The notes beneath the pieces were generated by a model. It was given only the letters and a program-made list of their open reading frames with translations, had not been told where the DNA came from and searched no databases. The position numbers were made by a program, and so were the translations under genes. From the NCBI GenBank assembly GCA_021081985.1, contig GCA_021081985.1_3639.2: a stretch of 54,988 bases of DNA. One strand, 5' to 3'. Below, piece by piece: positions 9,372-18,033 of this stretch. This DNA is from a phage. Every line of letters starts with the position of its first letter. Positions within the stretch are counted from its first letter, which is position 1.

Positions 9372-11343
9372 TAAATTTACGATACTCTAGCATCTCTGGA
9401 GTATTGAAATGCCTAATATTAATGTATTTTAACAATGGGTAGCGATCTTTCTTAATTTGTAGCAGCTTTTTACCAATTCTCTTCTTGGCCTCTATCATCC
9501 ATAATGCTTTCTCACGGCTATCTTCGTAGCCAGGAACTGAACAATAACTGGGCATGTTTACCTTCATCTCCCATTTTGGGAAACTGGCTACCATCACGCC
9601 GAAGTAGCTAAGTTCTTTAACAATGTTATGATACTCATGGTCTTTCCCTACTTCTTGGTATAAATGATATTCAAGAAGGTTAGTTTTTGCAAGAGCATGA
9701 ATATCCTCCTCAGTTATAACCCGTGCCTCATCTGGCAGCCAACTTGATCTGTTTAAAGGCACAATATATAACTTACCAACCACACCGAGATTCTTGAGAA
9801 ATGTTGGTGGTTGCTTTCTCCAAGATGTTCTAAGATTGGAAACGTATCCTAACGGGCATAATCCTTTCACCTGCCCACCCCAGTATACCATAGCCGCCTC
9901 AATATCTTCAAATTGAGCACGGGAAATACGGGTTACATCTACGGAGCCATCTTGGTTGATTATCCAAACTTTATGACCTGGTTCGTAATAACCATAGCCA
10001 CCATACTTTTTATCTGCTTTTTGCACTGGTCGTTTTTCAAGTTCAGATAACTTGAAAATCATCCCTTCAAAGAATTTATCACTGTATAAGGACAGAGCGT
10101 AATCAGCATCGGTTATAAATGATCTCTTACCAAACTTCTCTGCGAGCCAGTTACATTTAGAGCGCACATACTTGTGATCATCATTGTAAACCAGTGGATG
10201 ACCATTCATCAACTCTGCGTATGAATATCTCTCATCCTTACCACGGCGTGAGCCTTCGCCACCATATGTTTCACAGTAATCTATGTAAGAACCATCAGTA
10301 TAATTCTTGAACTTATTTGCAATAAAAGCAGCACCATATTTTGTAGCGAAATAACCACCAACATATTTCATATGTTCAAGAACTGCTTTTAAAGTTGGCA
10401 GATCGCTTAATTCTTTTGTAATTTCTTCTCCACGAAGTCGGATAGCTTTCGTCACAAAACTTTCAAGTTTATCACGGAATCCTCCGTCATTCTTTCCTTC
10501 TACTGTCCATTCTCGGCCTGGGTCTACATTACAATCCCCAATAGGGATAGATACCGTCATCATGGGCAGTTCTTTACGAGTCGAGAGATAATCAGAGAGA
10601 TATGGTTGTTGCCCCATGATGACAACACTATCAGCGTTTCTCGACATGCTACTATACATCTCAAGAACCCAGCCAGTCTCCTCATCCTCATAACGATACT
10701 GAACAGGATAAGTACGATCTTCAATCTGCGTTTTAACAAAAGGATCATTAATGATATATGGAAATTTAGCATAGCGAAGGCATTTTACAATAGCCAGACG
10801 ATAAGCTCCTGTTTCCCAAGTGTTTACGTTAAATTTAACCTCTACACCATTCTCCTCTGTTGTTTCACAAGAAAATAAAGGCACAACCTCTGGTATTCCG
10901 CTGTTTTTGTGAACAGAGTATGTTGTTTTCACTCCATCTTTAACAGAAACAACTGTGAACATATCTGTTACTGCAAGAGGTGCTTTTGACCCAATACCTT
11001 TCGCGCCAATCAGATCATTACTGTTTCTTTTTGTGGACTCACCAATCATCATGAATGTACGTGTTACCATCTCATGATCCATACCTAACCCTGTATCCTT
11101 AACAGAATACCAAGGTTCCAAGTCTGTTGGTGAGTGGATGATGATGGGTTTATCAGAACACCCTGCCTCTGTATGAGCATCTACAGCGTTGAAGAGAGGC
11201 TCTCGTACTGCTGCTAAAGTTTTATCTTTATAAATTCCATCGATAAGAATACTGAAAGTCTCAGGATTCATTGCAATTGATGCTTGGTATCTTTCTACGT
11301 TCCCAGTTACCTGGACTTTGTTGTCAGATCTTTGAATAATCAT
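9343..11343 (-). CDS. rIIA: rIIA-like protein with GHKL/HATPase_c ATP-binding domain
   Basis: 666 aa; N-box REPLFNAVDA, G1 box DTGLGMD and G2 box GAKGIGSKA of the GHKL ATPase fold, as in phage rIIA; followed by the rIIB-like gene. Confidence 0.6.
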   Translation of the reverse strand: MIIQRSDNKVQVTGNVERYQASIAMNPETFSILIDGIYKDKTLAAVREPLFNAVDAHTEAGCSDKPIIIHSPTDLEPWYSVKDTGLGMDHEMVTRTFMMIGESTKRNSNDLIGAKGIGSKAPLAVTDMFTVVSVKDGVKTTYSVHKNSGIPEVVPLFSCETTEENGVEVKFNVNTWETGAYRLAIVKCLRYAKFPYIINDPFVKTQIEDRTYPVQYRYEDEETGWVLEMYSSMSRNADSVVIMGQQPYLSDYLSTRKELPMMTVSIPIGDCNVDPGREWTVEGKNDGGFRDKLESFVTKAIRLRGEEITKELSDLPTLKAVLEHMKYVGGYFATKYGAAFIANKFKNYTDGSYIDYCETYGGEGSRRGKDERYSYAELMNGHPLVYNDDHKYVRSKCNWLAEKFGKRSFITDADYALSLYSDKFFEGMIFKLSELEKRPVQKADKKYGGYGYYEPGHKVWIINQDGSVDVTRISRAQFEDIEAAMVYWGGQVKGLCPLGYVSNLRTSWRKQPPTFLKNLGVVGKLYIVPLNRSSWLPDEARVITEEDIHALAKTNLLEYHLYQEVGKDHEYHNIVKELSYFGVMVASFPKWEMKVNMPSYCSVPGYEDSREKALWMIEAKKRIGKKLLQIKKDRYPLLKYINIRHFNTPEMLEYRKFIDNKGEKGE

Positions 11344-11363
11344 TCAATACCTCTATGAACTAA

Positions 11364-11882
11364 TTATGCGTCAGGATGCTTGTAAAAAATATGATTCCCA
11401 ACCTTCACTGTTTTCACCATAACTTTTGCCCAAGATGGCCTAACAGTAGTTGCATGATAGTACGTTGCTGATTTTGTGTAGTCAAGAGCTTTGTATAAAC
11501 TTTTGTGGTCTTTATGCAATCTTATCAATATTTTAGCATAAAATTTAGCTCTTAACCATCTATCCTTTTCATAGACTTTAAAGGATTGCCCACCGAATGT
11601 CCAAGAGAATTGCCCTCGCTGATAAACTATTTTCTTGATAGTATGCGGGAAATTCTTGTCATCTTTTCTATTCAATGTGACAAAAGCGACACCCATCATT
11701 CCATAATCACCTTCTCCTCTTCCCTCTTTATACAAGTTACAGGCAAGAATATTAAGCTCTGTATCATTCTTCTTGCAAATGTGAAGAACTTGGGGCTTCT
11801 TTGCACTTTCTTTGGCTAGAACAGGGGTAATAGACAGAGAAAGTGCACAGCAAACTGCAAATAATAAAGATCTTATTTTCAA
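11364..11882 (-). CDS. Cell wall hydrolase, SleB/CwlJ (Hydrolase_2) family, with N-terminal signal peptide; proposed TTG start
   Basis: LYKEGRGEG, GVAFVTLNR and RGQFSW motifs match the SleB-family signature. With a TTG start the N-terminus is MKIRSLLFAVCCALSLSITPVLA, preceded by GGAG; the ORF-track start at 11987 would run through the upstream intergenic hairpin. Confidence 0.6.
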   Translation of the reverse strand: MKIRSLLFAVCCALSLSITPVLAKESAKKPQVLHICKKNDTELNILACNLYKEGRGEGDYGMMGVAFVTLNRKDDKNFPHTIKKIVYQRGQFSWTFGGQSFKVYEKDRWLRAKFYAKILIRLHKDHKSLYKALDYTKSATYYHATTVRPSWAKVMVKTVKVGNHIFYKHPDA

Positions 11883-11923
11883 AACTAACTCCAGACAAAT
11901 AAGCCCCATAAAGGGGCTTTCTG

Positions 11924-12268
11924 TTAGCGATGGAAACGAATATCTCCAGACACTGTGTTTACACTTCCATGGATTGTATTTGCGCAAACATCACCAGACA
12001 CCGAAGATACATTGCCTAAGATATCTTTCTCAACATTAATATCCCCAGATGTTGAGATCACACCATTAGAGACATTTCCATAAACATTGATACCACCTGA
12101 TGTTGTACGTACCTCTTTAGCATCACCTTTGATAATAACTGTAATGTTTTTATCGTTTGTGGTATGAACTAAATCACCATTGATATAGACATTATCACCC
12201 TTAGTGGTGATAGAGATACTACCATTGGTATAGTTTCCAGAAATTGTATTACCATTAATCGTAATCAT
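11924..12268 (-). CDS. Beta-solenoid repeat protein (bactofilin-like), start trimmed to MITINGNT
   Basis: Repeating G-x-V/I-S-G-D-I/V units (GNVSNGVISTSGDINV, GNVSSVSGDV, GSVNTVSGDI); the N-terminal 36 aa of the ORF-track call look like out-of-frame readthrough. Confidence 0.4.
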   Translation of the reverse strand: MITINGNTISGNYTNGSISITTKGDNVYINGDLVHTTNDKNITVIIKGDAKEVRTTSGGINVYGNVSNGVISTSGDINVEKDILGNVSSVSGDVCANTIHGSVNTVSGDIRFHR

Positions 12269-12443
12269 TGTTTTGTTTCTCTTTAACAATAGGTGCTTTC
12301 TGAACAGAGTATACAAATGTTTTATTGTCTTCAATAAACTTTCTGCCCTGTTCTTCATCTTCAAAAATAATTGTGTCACACTTTGCCTTTAACATACCAC
12401 GTTCTACAGTTGTGTGTGTCGTAGAAACAATTAAAGCCATCAA
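12255..12443 (-). CDS. Hypothetical small protein
   Basis: 62-aa ORF between the RNA ligase and repeat-protein genes. Confidence 0.3.
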   Translation of the reverse strand: MMALIVSTTHTTVERGMLKAKCDTIIFEDEEQGRKFIEDNKTFVYSVQKAPIVKEKQNNDYD

Positions 12444-13474
12444 AACACCTCGTTAAGTTGTTCCATGTACCAACTACGGGCTTTATTTGTTGTAAATTTT
12501 GCCACGTCTTTCATAGAAAGAGAATTGGCTTCTAACACATCTGCTTCTTCTTTGTTGATATCGCGGTTAACCCATGCGATAAATGCCCCCAGAGATGCGA
12601 TGTCCAATCCAATTTCTTGCAACCCTTGTCGTAAACGGTTCTCAGTAACTGCATACTCCACAAAATCTTTGATAGATTGCAGTTTCACAGGATCAACGGC
12701 AGCCAGTGTTTTCACTTTAGAGACAGAATGTTTTTGCCCTTTCACTTTAAACCAAAGTGCAGAAACATGTGCCAAGTGGCGATCTTTAGGTGTCCATACC
12801 ACACCCTCACCAACACCAGATACGCCAAAATATTTACCTACTGGGCACTCTTTTTCTACACCTTCGGTAATCTGTGCAATTTCTGATTGCACTGTCTCTG
12901 GCATGTTAAAAGGAATATCCAGTTCCCACTTACCAAAAGTTAAAATATTATAAATACGTTGTTCTGGTAATCCAATGCCAAGAATATCGTCTAAGGCTAA
13001 CCATTTTCGATGGTCATTCTCTTTTCCTACTGCCACACGGAAAATAGTAAAGAAAGGCATGATTTCAGATACCGCAACACCTTTCTGGATACCTTTTCCT
13101 GAAAATTCCCCAGCAATTTCTACTGGGAACTTAAATTCAATACCCCGATCTTCGCAGATCTGCTTGACTTGCTCCAACAGGGGTTTATGGTCTTTTTCAA
13201 CCATAAAGGCCATAAACCCATAATTATCTTCTTCCAAAGACAAAACGCGTTCTTTGGACTGGTACACAACCTCATCTTCAGAATTAAAGACTACACGGCA
13301 ATTAGTCCCGTGAATTTTAACTGTTCCTACATAAGAAATGAGATATTGATCTGGAGAGGCAACCTTACGCTTTATATTGCCATTCTCATCACGACCATCA
13401 TAAGTCAGACGGTCATTAACCGCTCGGATAACGTTGCGAAATTGACTAGTGCTTGGGTACTTAGTTGCTTGCAT
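12440..13474 (-). CDS. RNA ligase, Rnl2-like (ATP-dependent nucleotidyltransferase)
   Basis: 344 aa; motif I lysine in VKIHGTN (the KxHGxN adenylylation motif of T4 Rnl2); size matches the Rnl2 family. Confidence 0.65.
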   Translation of the reverse strand: MQATKYPSTSQFRNVIRAVNDRLTYDGRDENGNIKRKVASPDQYLISYVGTVKIHGTNCRVVFNSEDEVVYQSKERVLSLEEDNYGFMAFMVEKDHKPLLEQVKQICEDRGIEFKFPVEIAGEFSGKGIQKGVAVSEIMPFFTIFRVAVGKENDHRKWLALDDILGIGLPEQRIYNILTFGKWELDIPFNMPETVQSEIAQITEGVEKECPVGKYFGVSGVGEGVVWTPKDRHLAHVSALWFKVKGQKHSVSKVKTLAAVDPVKLQSIKDFVEYAVTENRLRQGLQEIGLDIASLGAFIAWVNRDINKEEADVLEANSLSMKDVAKFTTNKARSWYMEQLNEVF

Positions 13475-13847
13475 TACTATCTTCCTTATTAATAAAGGTC
13501 ACACCAAGAGTGGCCTGGGCAAGAAGTTTCGTGATCTCCTGGCTCCATACAGGACTGGAGATAAAATGTTGTAATTGGAGGCTACCTAAGCGATAGGCGC
13601 TGTTCATCGTAATAGCATAGATTTCTCCATCGTGCATAATCATGCTTTCGACAACAGAAGTCCTGATATTAGAACCACTAAATCCACGCTTTTTGAGGTC
13701 ATCTGCTAAGTATCCGCAGATACAACGCACATCTTTTGTATAACCAAAACCGAAATAGGGTTCAGCACCAAACAGGATACCAGCGTATCTCTTCCCACAG
13801 ACATAGGTATCTTTAGATACGCCTGTTACAGATTTACTTTCCATCAT
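13461..13847 (-). CDS. Hypothetical protein
   Basis: 128-aa ORF; no motif recognised. Confidence 0.35.
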   Translation of the reverse strand: MMESKSVTGVSKDTYVCGKRYAGILFGAEPYFGFGYTKDVRCICGYLADDLKKRGFSGSNIRTSVVESMIMHDGEIYAITMNSAYRLGSLQLQHFISSPVWSQEITKLLAQATLGVTFINKEDSNASN

Positions 13848-14029
13848 TGTCCCTCCACATCGTCAATATCTTCCATACCATCTTGCCACAGAACTTCATA
13901 GCAAGCGTCATAAATTGCGCTCATAGCATCTTTACGATCTAACACATCTACAATTTTTGGATCAATACTTTTAATTGCTTCCGCAATTTTATCGTAAGCA
14001 ATATCAGGATGCATGTTCTTTTTTGCCAT
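13844..14029 (-). CDS. Hypothetical small protein
   Basis: 61-aa acidic ORF, translationally coupled to neighbours. Confidence 0.3.
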   Translation of the reverse strand: MAKKNMHPDIAYDKIAEAIKSIDPKIVDVLDRKDAMSAIYDACYEVLWQDGMEDIDDVEGQ

Positions 14030-14525
14030 CTGGGATCTCCTCTTCGTTTAAGACATAAATTGTCACATCACAATCATGGAGAACAGATTCTATCATAGTT
14101 TCTATGATTTTCCAATCCCCACCTGCTAGTCCAGCACCTATTTTTGGCAGCCCGATCTTATAATCAGACATAAAGCCATCTGTGTGCCTTTGCAAACAAT
14201 CTCGCATTGCTGCTAAAGAATCGTAAAGGGCGTTATAATTCAGATCCCTCACACCCATTCTACGCCCATTATAGCCGTATTGTGTGTACAGATTAAAACC
14301 CGCCAGCTTACCTTCGTTCATGACAGCCCAAGTATAACTGCCCAGTTTTGTTCGATCACCTTTCTCTGTCTTTAAATCTTCAGCATACATTTTTGGGAAT
14401 GTATTCTTTATTTCTTTAGCAATTCCAGACCCCATGGTGCAAAATGTATTACAACCATGAGCTATCACATTAACATCCCTTTTAAGTGCTGCCTCTATTA
14501 AGCAACCAACTTTATACTTAAGCAT
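14004..14525 (-). CDS. Macro-domain protein (ADP-ribose binding/processing), start trimmed to MLKYKV
   Basis: VIAHGCNTFCTMGSGIAKEIK glycine-rich ADP-ribose-binding signature and C-terminal GLPKIGAGLAGGDW match macro-domain proteins. Confidence 0.55.
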   Translation of the reverse strand: MLKYKVGCLIEAALKRDVNVIAHGCNTFCTMGSGIAKEIKNTFPKMYAEDLKTEKGDRTKLGSYTWAVMNEGKLAGFNLYTQYGYNGRRMGVRDLNYNALYDSLAAMRDCLQRHTDGFMSDYKIGLPKIGAGLAGGDWKIIETMIESVLHDCDVTIYVLNEEEIPDGKKEHAS

Positions 14526-14700
14526 TGTCTGATACCTCTTCGCATTCGTATGGATAGATATCCAGTCTTTTCCCATTCCATTCGCAAGAGTAACACTCAA
14601 GAAAACTACCATTAAATATTTCTTCTCTTACTTCAAGAATATCTCCTGTTTTTGGATATCCATCAACATCCGAAAAATCAGAAATCATTTTAACCTTCAT
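14518..14700 (-). CDS. Hypothetical small protein
   Basis: 60-aa ORF; its ATG overlaps the upstream stop as ATGA. Confidence 0.3.
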   Translation of the reverse strand: MKVKMISDFSDVDGYPKTGDILEVREEIFNGSFLECYSCEWNGKRLDIYPYECEEVSDNA

Positions 14701-14873
14701 TCACAACTCCTTTCAAGGAAGGCATTCATACTTTCCAATGCCTCGCTTTTATTTTTAGCACAAACAACAAACACACGCTTATTTTTATAGGTGTACCCAG
14801 CCATAACCATATCGGATCTTTCAATCCACCATTTCTCATGTAGCTGGTCTTTCTTAAATTTATGTTTTGCCAT
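14697..14873 (-). CDS. Hypothetical small protein (58 aa, not in the ORF track)
   Basis: Translated by hand as MAKHKFKKDQLHEKWWIERSDMVMAGYTYKNKRVFVVCAKNKSEALESMNAFLERSCE; ATGA overlaps at both ends. Confidence 0.3.
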   Translation of the reverse strand: MAKHKFKKDQLHEKWWIERSDMVMAGYTYKNKRVFVVCAKNKSEALESMNAFLERSCE

Positions 14874-15289
14874 CAACGATTATACCATACCACATGTGTG
14901 GCCCAGTCTGGCTTTTTATCCCATACTGAAACGTCAGATTCATAGCTATCGTTAGGACACCAGTATCCATTCCCATCTTCAGGGCTAAAAATCGCCGCTT
15001 GGACACCGAAATTCCAATCATCAAGATCCATCACCTTAGCTCCAGCGGTCTTAAAATTAGCATCTGTTTTAAAATGCTCTTTCAGAAGATTACTGACAGA
15101 TGGCATAGGCATATAAGCAATGACAGGCTCACAATCAAAGTAGAAAGACCCATTGATAACATGAACAATACTGTTAAATCCTTGATAGGATTCACAAATA
15201 CCGATCTCACCATCTGCCAAAACGACAAGCCATCTACCAACATCAAGATCTTTAACACCATTTGGTGTTTTTATCCACATATCATTCAT
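14873..15289 (-). CDS. Hypothetical protein, possibly DUF551-like
   Basis: 138 aa; W-I-K-T-P and VIAYMPMPS resemble the DUF551 pattern. Weak. Confidence 0.35.
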   Translation of the reverse strand: MNDMWIKTPNGVKDLDVGRWLVVLADGEIGICESYQGFNSIVHVINGSFYFDCEPVIAYMPMPSVSNLLKEHFKTDANFKTAGAKVMDLDDWNFGVQAAIFSPEDGNGYWCPNDSYESDVSVWDKKPDWATHVVWYNR

Positions 15290-15329
15290 TCAGGTATTCC
15301 TGGGAAAAGCAGCCATTAGGCTGCTGCTA

Positions 15330-16538
15330 TTAATTTAAAATTGCATCTACATCTTTTGCAAAGTTCTTGTGATATTCAGTAATAATCTGCATGACGACAG
15401 GATACTTCTTAAGTAACTTCGCTGGCAGTCTGTCACGAAGGCCATCTAACAAAATACCCTTCCCTGTGGAACTGTCATTAATAAACGTCATGAAGACAGA
15501 TGATACAAAATCGCGGTTGGAATGAGCATCATCTTTACCAAAGTTATCATACAGATATTGCAAGAAATTGGCTGAGAAGTCAATAACCTGATCATCTGTG
15601 TAGTTGGTATTCTTCATAGCCTTACGTAGCCAGATGCAACCTTGTGATCCTAGCGTCCACAATACATCAGAGCTATCAGAGCCAGTGTGTTCCTTAATTG
15701 AACCATCCATTACTTTCTCAATGGGGACCATATCAGCAACGCGAGTATGGTAATACCATAACTCTTTCATTAACGGCCCACCAATACACCCTTGCAAAGC
15801 AGCCATTGCAAGACGGGAAGTAAGATCACCATCCTCATACGCATACAGAATATCACTTGCAGTAACCCAAGTTCGTGGTGTGGCATATGCAGGACTGTTA
15901 ATCTCATACATGGCCTCGAAGTTTTCCAGTTTATCGGGATTGGCTTGGATAAAACCAATTACTGATGGATGCACATTTTTACGCAACGCATAATCCTGCA
16001 TCCACACAGAGGCATCGTAATCAAGTTCCACAACAATAAAACGGTTAGCCAAAGGAGCTTCCATCATGGTAACTGCTGTACCATCACCAGGACGGTTCCC
16101 TGCCGCTGCAAAAACTGCACCTTTTGGAAAGGTGTACTTACCAATTTTATGATCCAAAACAATCTGGAAAGCTACTTTCTGTAAGTAGTTATCAGCATGT
16201 AAAAGTTCATCAAGGAAAATAATACCTTCCCAATCTGGGTCTTCTGGCCAGAAATCTGGTAGCGCATAGACTGTACGTGTTTTTCCATTGTCGTCTGTTA
16301 CAGGAATCTGTACACCTACTACGTCTGTCGGATCTTTATCCGCAAGACGAAAATCAACGAGATTATCATCTCGTTCACCAAACATCTCATTGGCAACTTG
16401 CTTCATGACTTGACTCTTACCAAGCCCAGCACCACCAAACATCATAAGTGCTTTGTTTGCCTTCTTACAAAATTTCATGAGGCTTGGAATATCACGAAGT
16501 GTAACACGATGATCTTCAAAAATATTTCTACTAGACAT
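15330..16538 (-). CDS. AAA+ ATPase, MoxR/AAA_5-like
   Basis: 402 aa; Walker A GGAGLGKS, Walker B IIFLDELLHA, sensor AAAGNRPGDG; the architecture usually partnered with VWA proteins. Confidence 0.7.
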   Translation of the reverse strand: MSSRNIFEDHRVTLRDIPSLMKFCKKANKALMMFGGAGLGKSQVMKQVANEMFGERDDNLVDFRLADKDPTDVVGVQIPVTDDNGKTRTVYALPDFWPEDPDWEGIIFLDELLHADNYLQKVAFQIVLDHKIGKYTFPKGAVFAAAGNRPGDGTAVTMMEAPLANRFIVVELDYDASVWMQDYALRKNVHPSVIGFIQANPDKLENFEAMYEINSPAYATPRTWVTASDILYAYEDGDLTSRLAMAALQGCIGGPLMKELWYYHTRVADMVPIEKVMDGSIKEHTGSDSSDVLWTLGSQGCIWLRKAMKNTNYTDDQVIDFSANFLQYLYDNFGKDDAHSNRDFVSSVFMTFINDSSTGKGILLDGLRDRLPAKLLKKYPVVMQIITEYHKNFAKDVDAILN

Positions 16539-16773
16539 TCGTCTCGTTCCTTAAATCGTTCTTCTGCTCAAGATAACTTTCAATGATACTGTCTATATCT
16601 GCTGATTCAATATCAGCATACAGATTTGTAATACTTGATGCAAGGTCTTTGGCAGAAAAATTGTCTACTCTTTCTGCACCAAAAACTAAAAACCATTGTC
16701 GTCGTGTCATCCTCGCTCTAACAACGGTTTTTAAATACTCCGCTCTCTCTGAAAAATCAAGAGGTTTTACCAC
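16531..16773 (-). CDS. Hypothetical protein
   Basis: 80-aa ORF. Confidence 0.3.
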   Translation of the reverse strand: MVKPLDFSERAEYLKTVVRARMTRRQWFLVFGAERVDNFSAKDLASSITNLYADIESADIDSIIESYLEQKNDLRNETNV

Positions 16774-17123
16774 TTATCCACCCAAACTCTGTTCTCATCA
16801 CACCAGTCGTAGAACTCGTTCAAAGCTAGATTGAACTGCTGTAGAGGACTCACGATAAGGTTGGGGTTATCTTCTTTGCTACAGATTTCCAAGTATTCTT
16901 CATATGTGAGAATATGCTGCATTTCTTCAAGAATATCATACAACCACCCATCGAAGTCAGCATTCTCTTCATCAGTTTGCTTTGGTAAAAGTCGTTTTAC
17001 TCTTTTTACAAGCATGTCCACAAACAGGTGAATATTATCATCTGCCCAAGGCTCTACCTTACCTTCTACGGGATTACCTTTCCAGATATCACGTAAATCA
17101 AGTCGATGTTTCCACTGTGCCAT
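16767..17123 (-). CDS. Hypothetical protein
   Basis: 118-aa ORF, Trp-rich. Confidence 0.35.
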   Translation of the reverse strand: MAQWKHRLDLRDIWKGNPVEGKVEPWADDNIHLFVDMLVKRVKRLLPKQTDEENADFDGWLYDILEEMQHILTYEEYLEICSKEDNPNLIVSPLQQFNLALNEFYDWCDENRVWVDKW

Positions 17124-17124
17124 T

Positions 17125-17319
17125 TTATAACTCCTTAACAGATTCTAAATCAAGATATTCATCACCACCCACTCGTTTACCGTCTTTCTTACGGTATTTT
17201 GCCTTGCTTTCAAATGCTACCCAATAAGCACCTTCATCTTTTAACTTGTCTTCCCATACCCAACCGAACTGCTTTTTCCTAATGGTTCCTTTGTGGGTAT
17301 ATTGTTGTTTACAATACAT
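17125..17319 (-). CDS. Hypothetical small protein
   Basis: 64-aa basic ORF. Confidence 0.3.
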   Translation of the reverse strand: MYCKQQYTHKGTIRKKQFGWVWEDKLKDEGAYWVAFESKAKYRKKDGKRVGGDEYLDLESVKEL

Positions 17320-17320
17320 C

Positions 17321-17536
17321 CTAATCCTCCCATTTTATCCATAAAGGGTATTCTGCAACATGCACTTTCTTACCCTTTTTGTTAATAAAAGTATACTCAA
17401 CAAACTTTGCTATGTAAAACCTATTGTAATCCTCTGTACCTTTAACAGGACAGTCTGTTTTCCTTATCTCCACCCATTCTCTGTGGATCACCGCTTTGTT
17501 CTTTGGATCAAATGGATGTGGTTGATAAACATTCAT
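17321..17536 (-). CDS. Hypothetical small protein
   Basis: 71-aa ORF. Confidence 0.3.
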   Translation of the reverse strand: MNVYQPHPFDPKNKAVIHREWVEIRKTDCPVKGTEDYNRFYIAKFVEYTFINKKGKKVHVAEYPLWIKWED

Positions 17537-18033
17537 TATTTCCCCTCGAATCTTTTTCTTGCATCAGCAAGTTTAAGATGCATTTCATGGTATTTCTTTA
17601 ACCTTGCCAAATCCTTATCTGATAAGGATTTAAGACGTTTTACGTCCATATTGTCTTTTAAATCAGCGAGTTTTACACGAATCGCATCATAATTAGTACA
17701 GATGCCCTCAATGTACTCTTCTTCAGTCAGGCTCTGTTTCTTTGTTAGCAGAAGAACTGCATCTTTTACTCTGTTAGTGAACCCTAACATTACCAAATCG
17801 TAAGCTGTAACTTTAGTATCCTCAAGGATATCGTGAAGGACACCGATTGCCATTAGCTGTAAGTCATCATTACCAAGTTCATGCATCACCCTTAATGGGT
17901 GAAGAATGTAGGGCATTCCACCACGATCTTTTTGCTTAAGATGGTTTTCAGAGGCCAATTTTATAGCTAAAGCCAACTCCTGATGGGGTCTTAAATCTTG
18001 CATGTTACTGGGGACAGACTTCGATTGTGCCAT
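17536..18033 (-). CDS. HD-domain hydrolase, Mesh1/SpoT-like small alarmone hydrolase
   Basis: 165 aa; PYILHPLRV, VLHDILEDT and VKLADLKDN are arranged like the His/Asp metal ligands of the RelA/SpoT hydrolase domain. Confidence 0.65.
   Translation of the reverse strand: MAQSKSVPSNMQDLRPHQELALAIKLASENHLKQKDRGGMPYILHPLRVMHELGNDDLQLMAIGVLHDILEDTKVTAYDLVMLGFTNRVKDAVLLLTKKQSLTEEEYIEGICTNYDAIRVKLADLKDNMDVKRLKSLSDKDLARLKKYHEMHLKLADARKRFEGK

Noticed and set aside
8358-11343. Alternative reading of the rIIA/rIIB-like pair as a histidine kinase / response regulator two-component system
   Set aside because: The GHKL ATPase motifs are present but there is no His-containing phosphotransfer domain or receiver-domain signature; gene order, sizes and phage context favour rIIA/rIIB.
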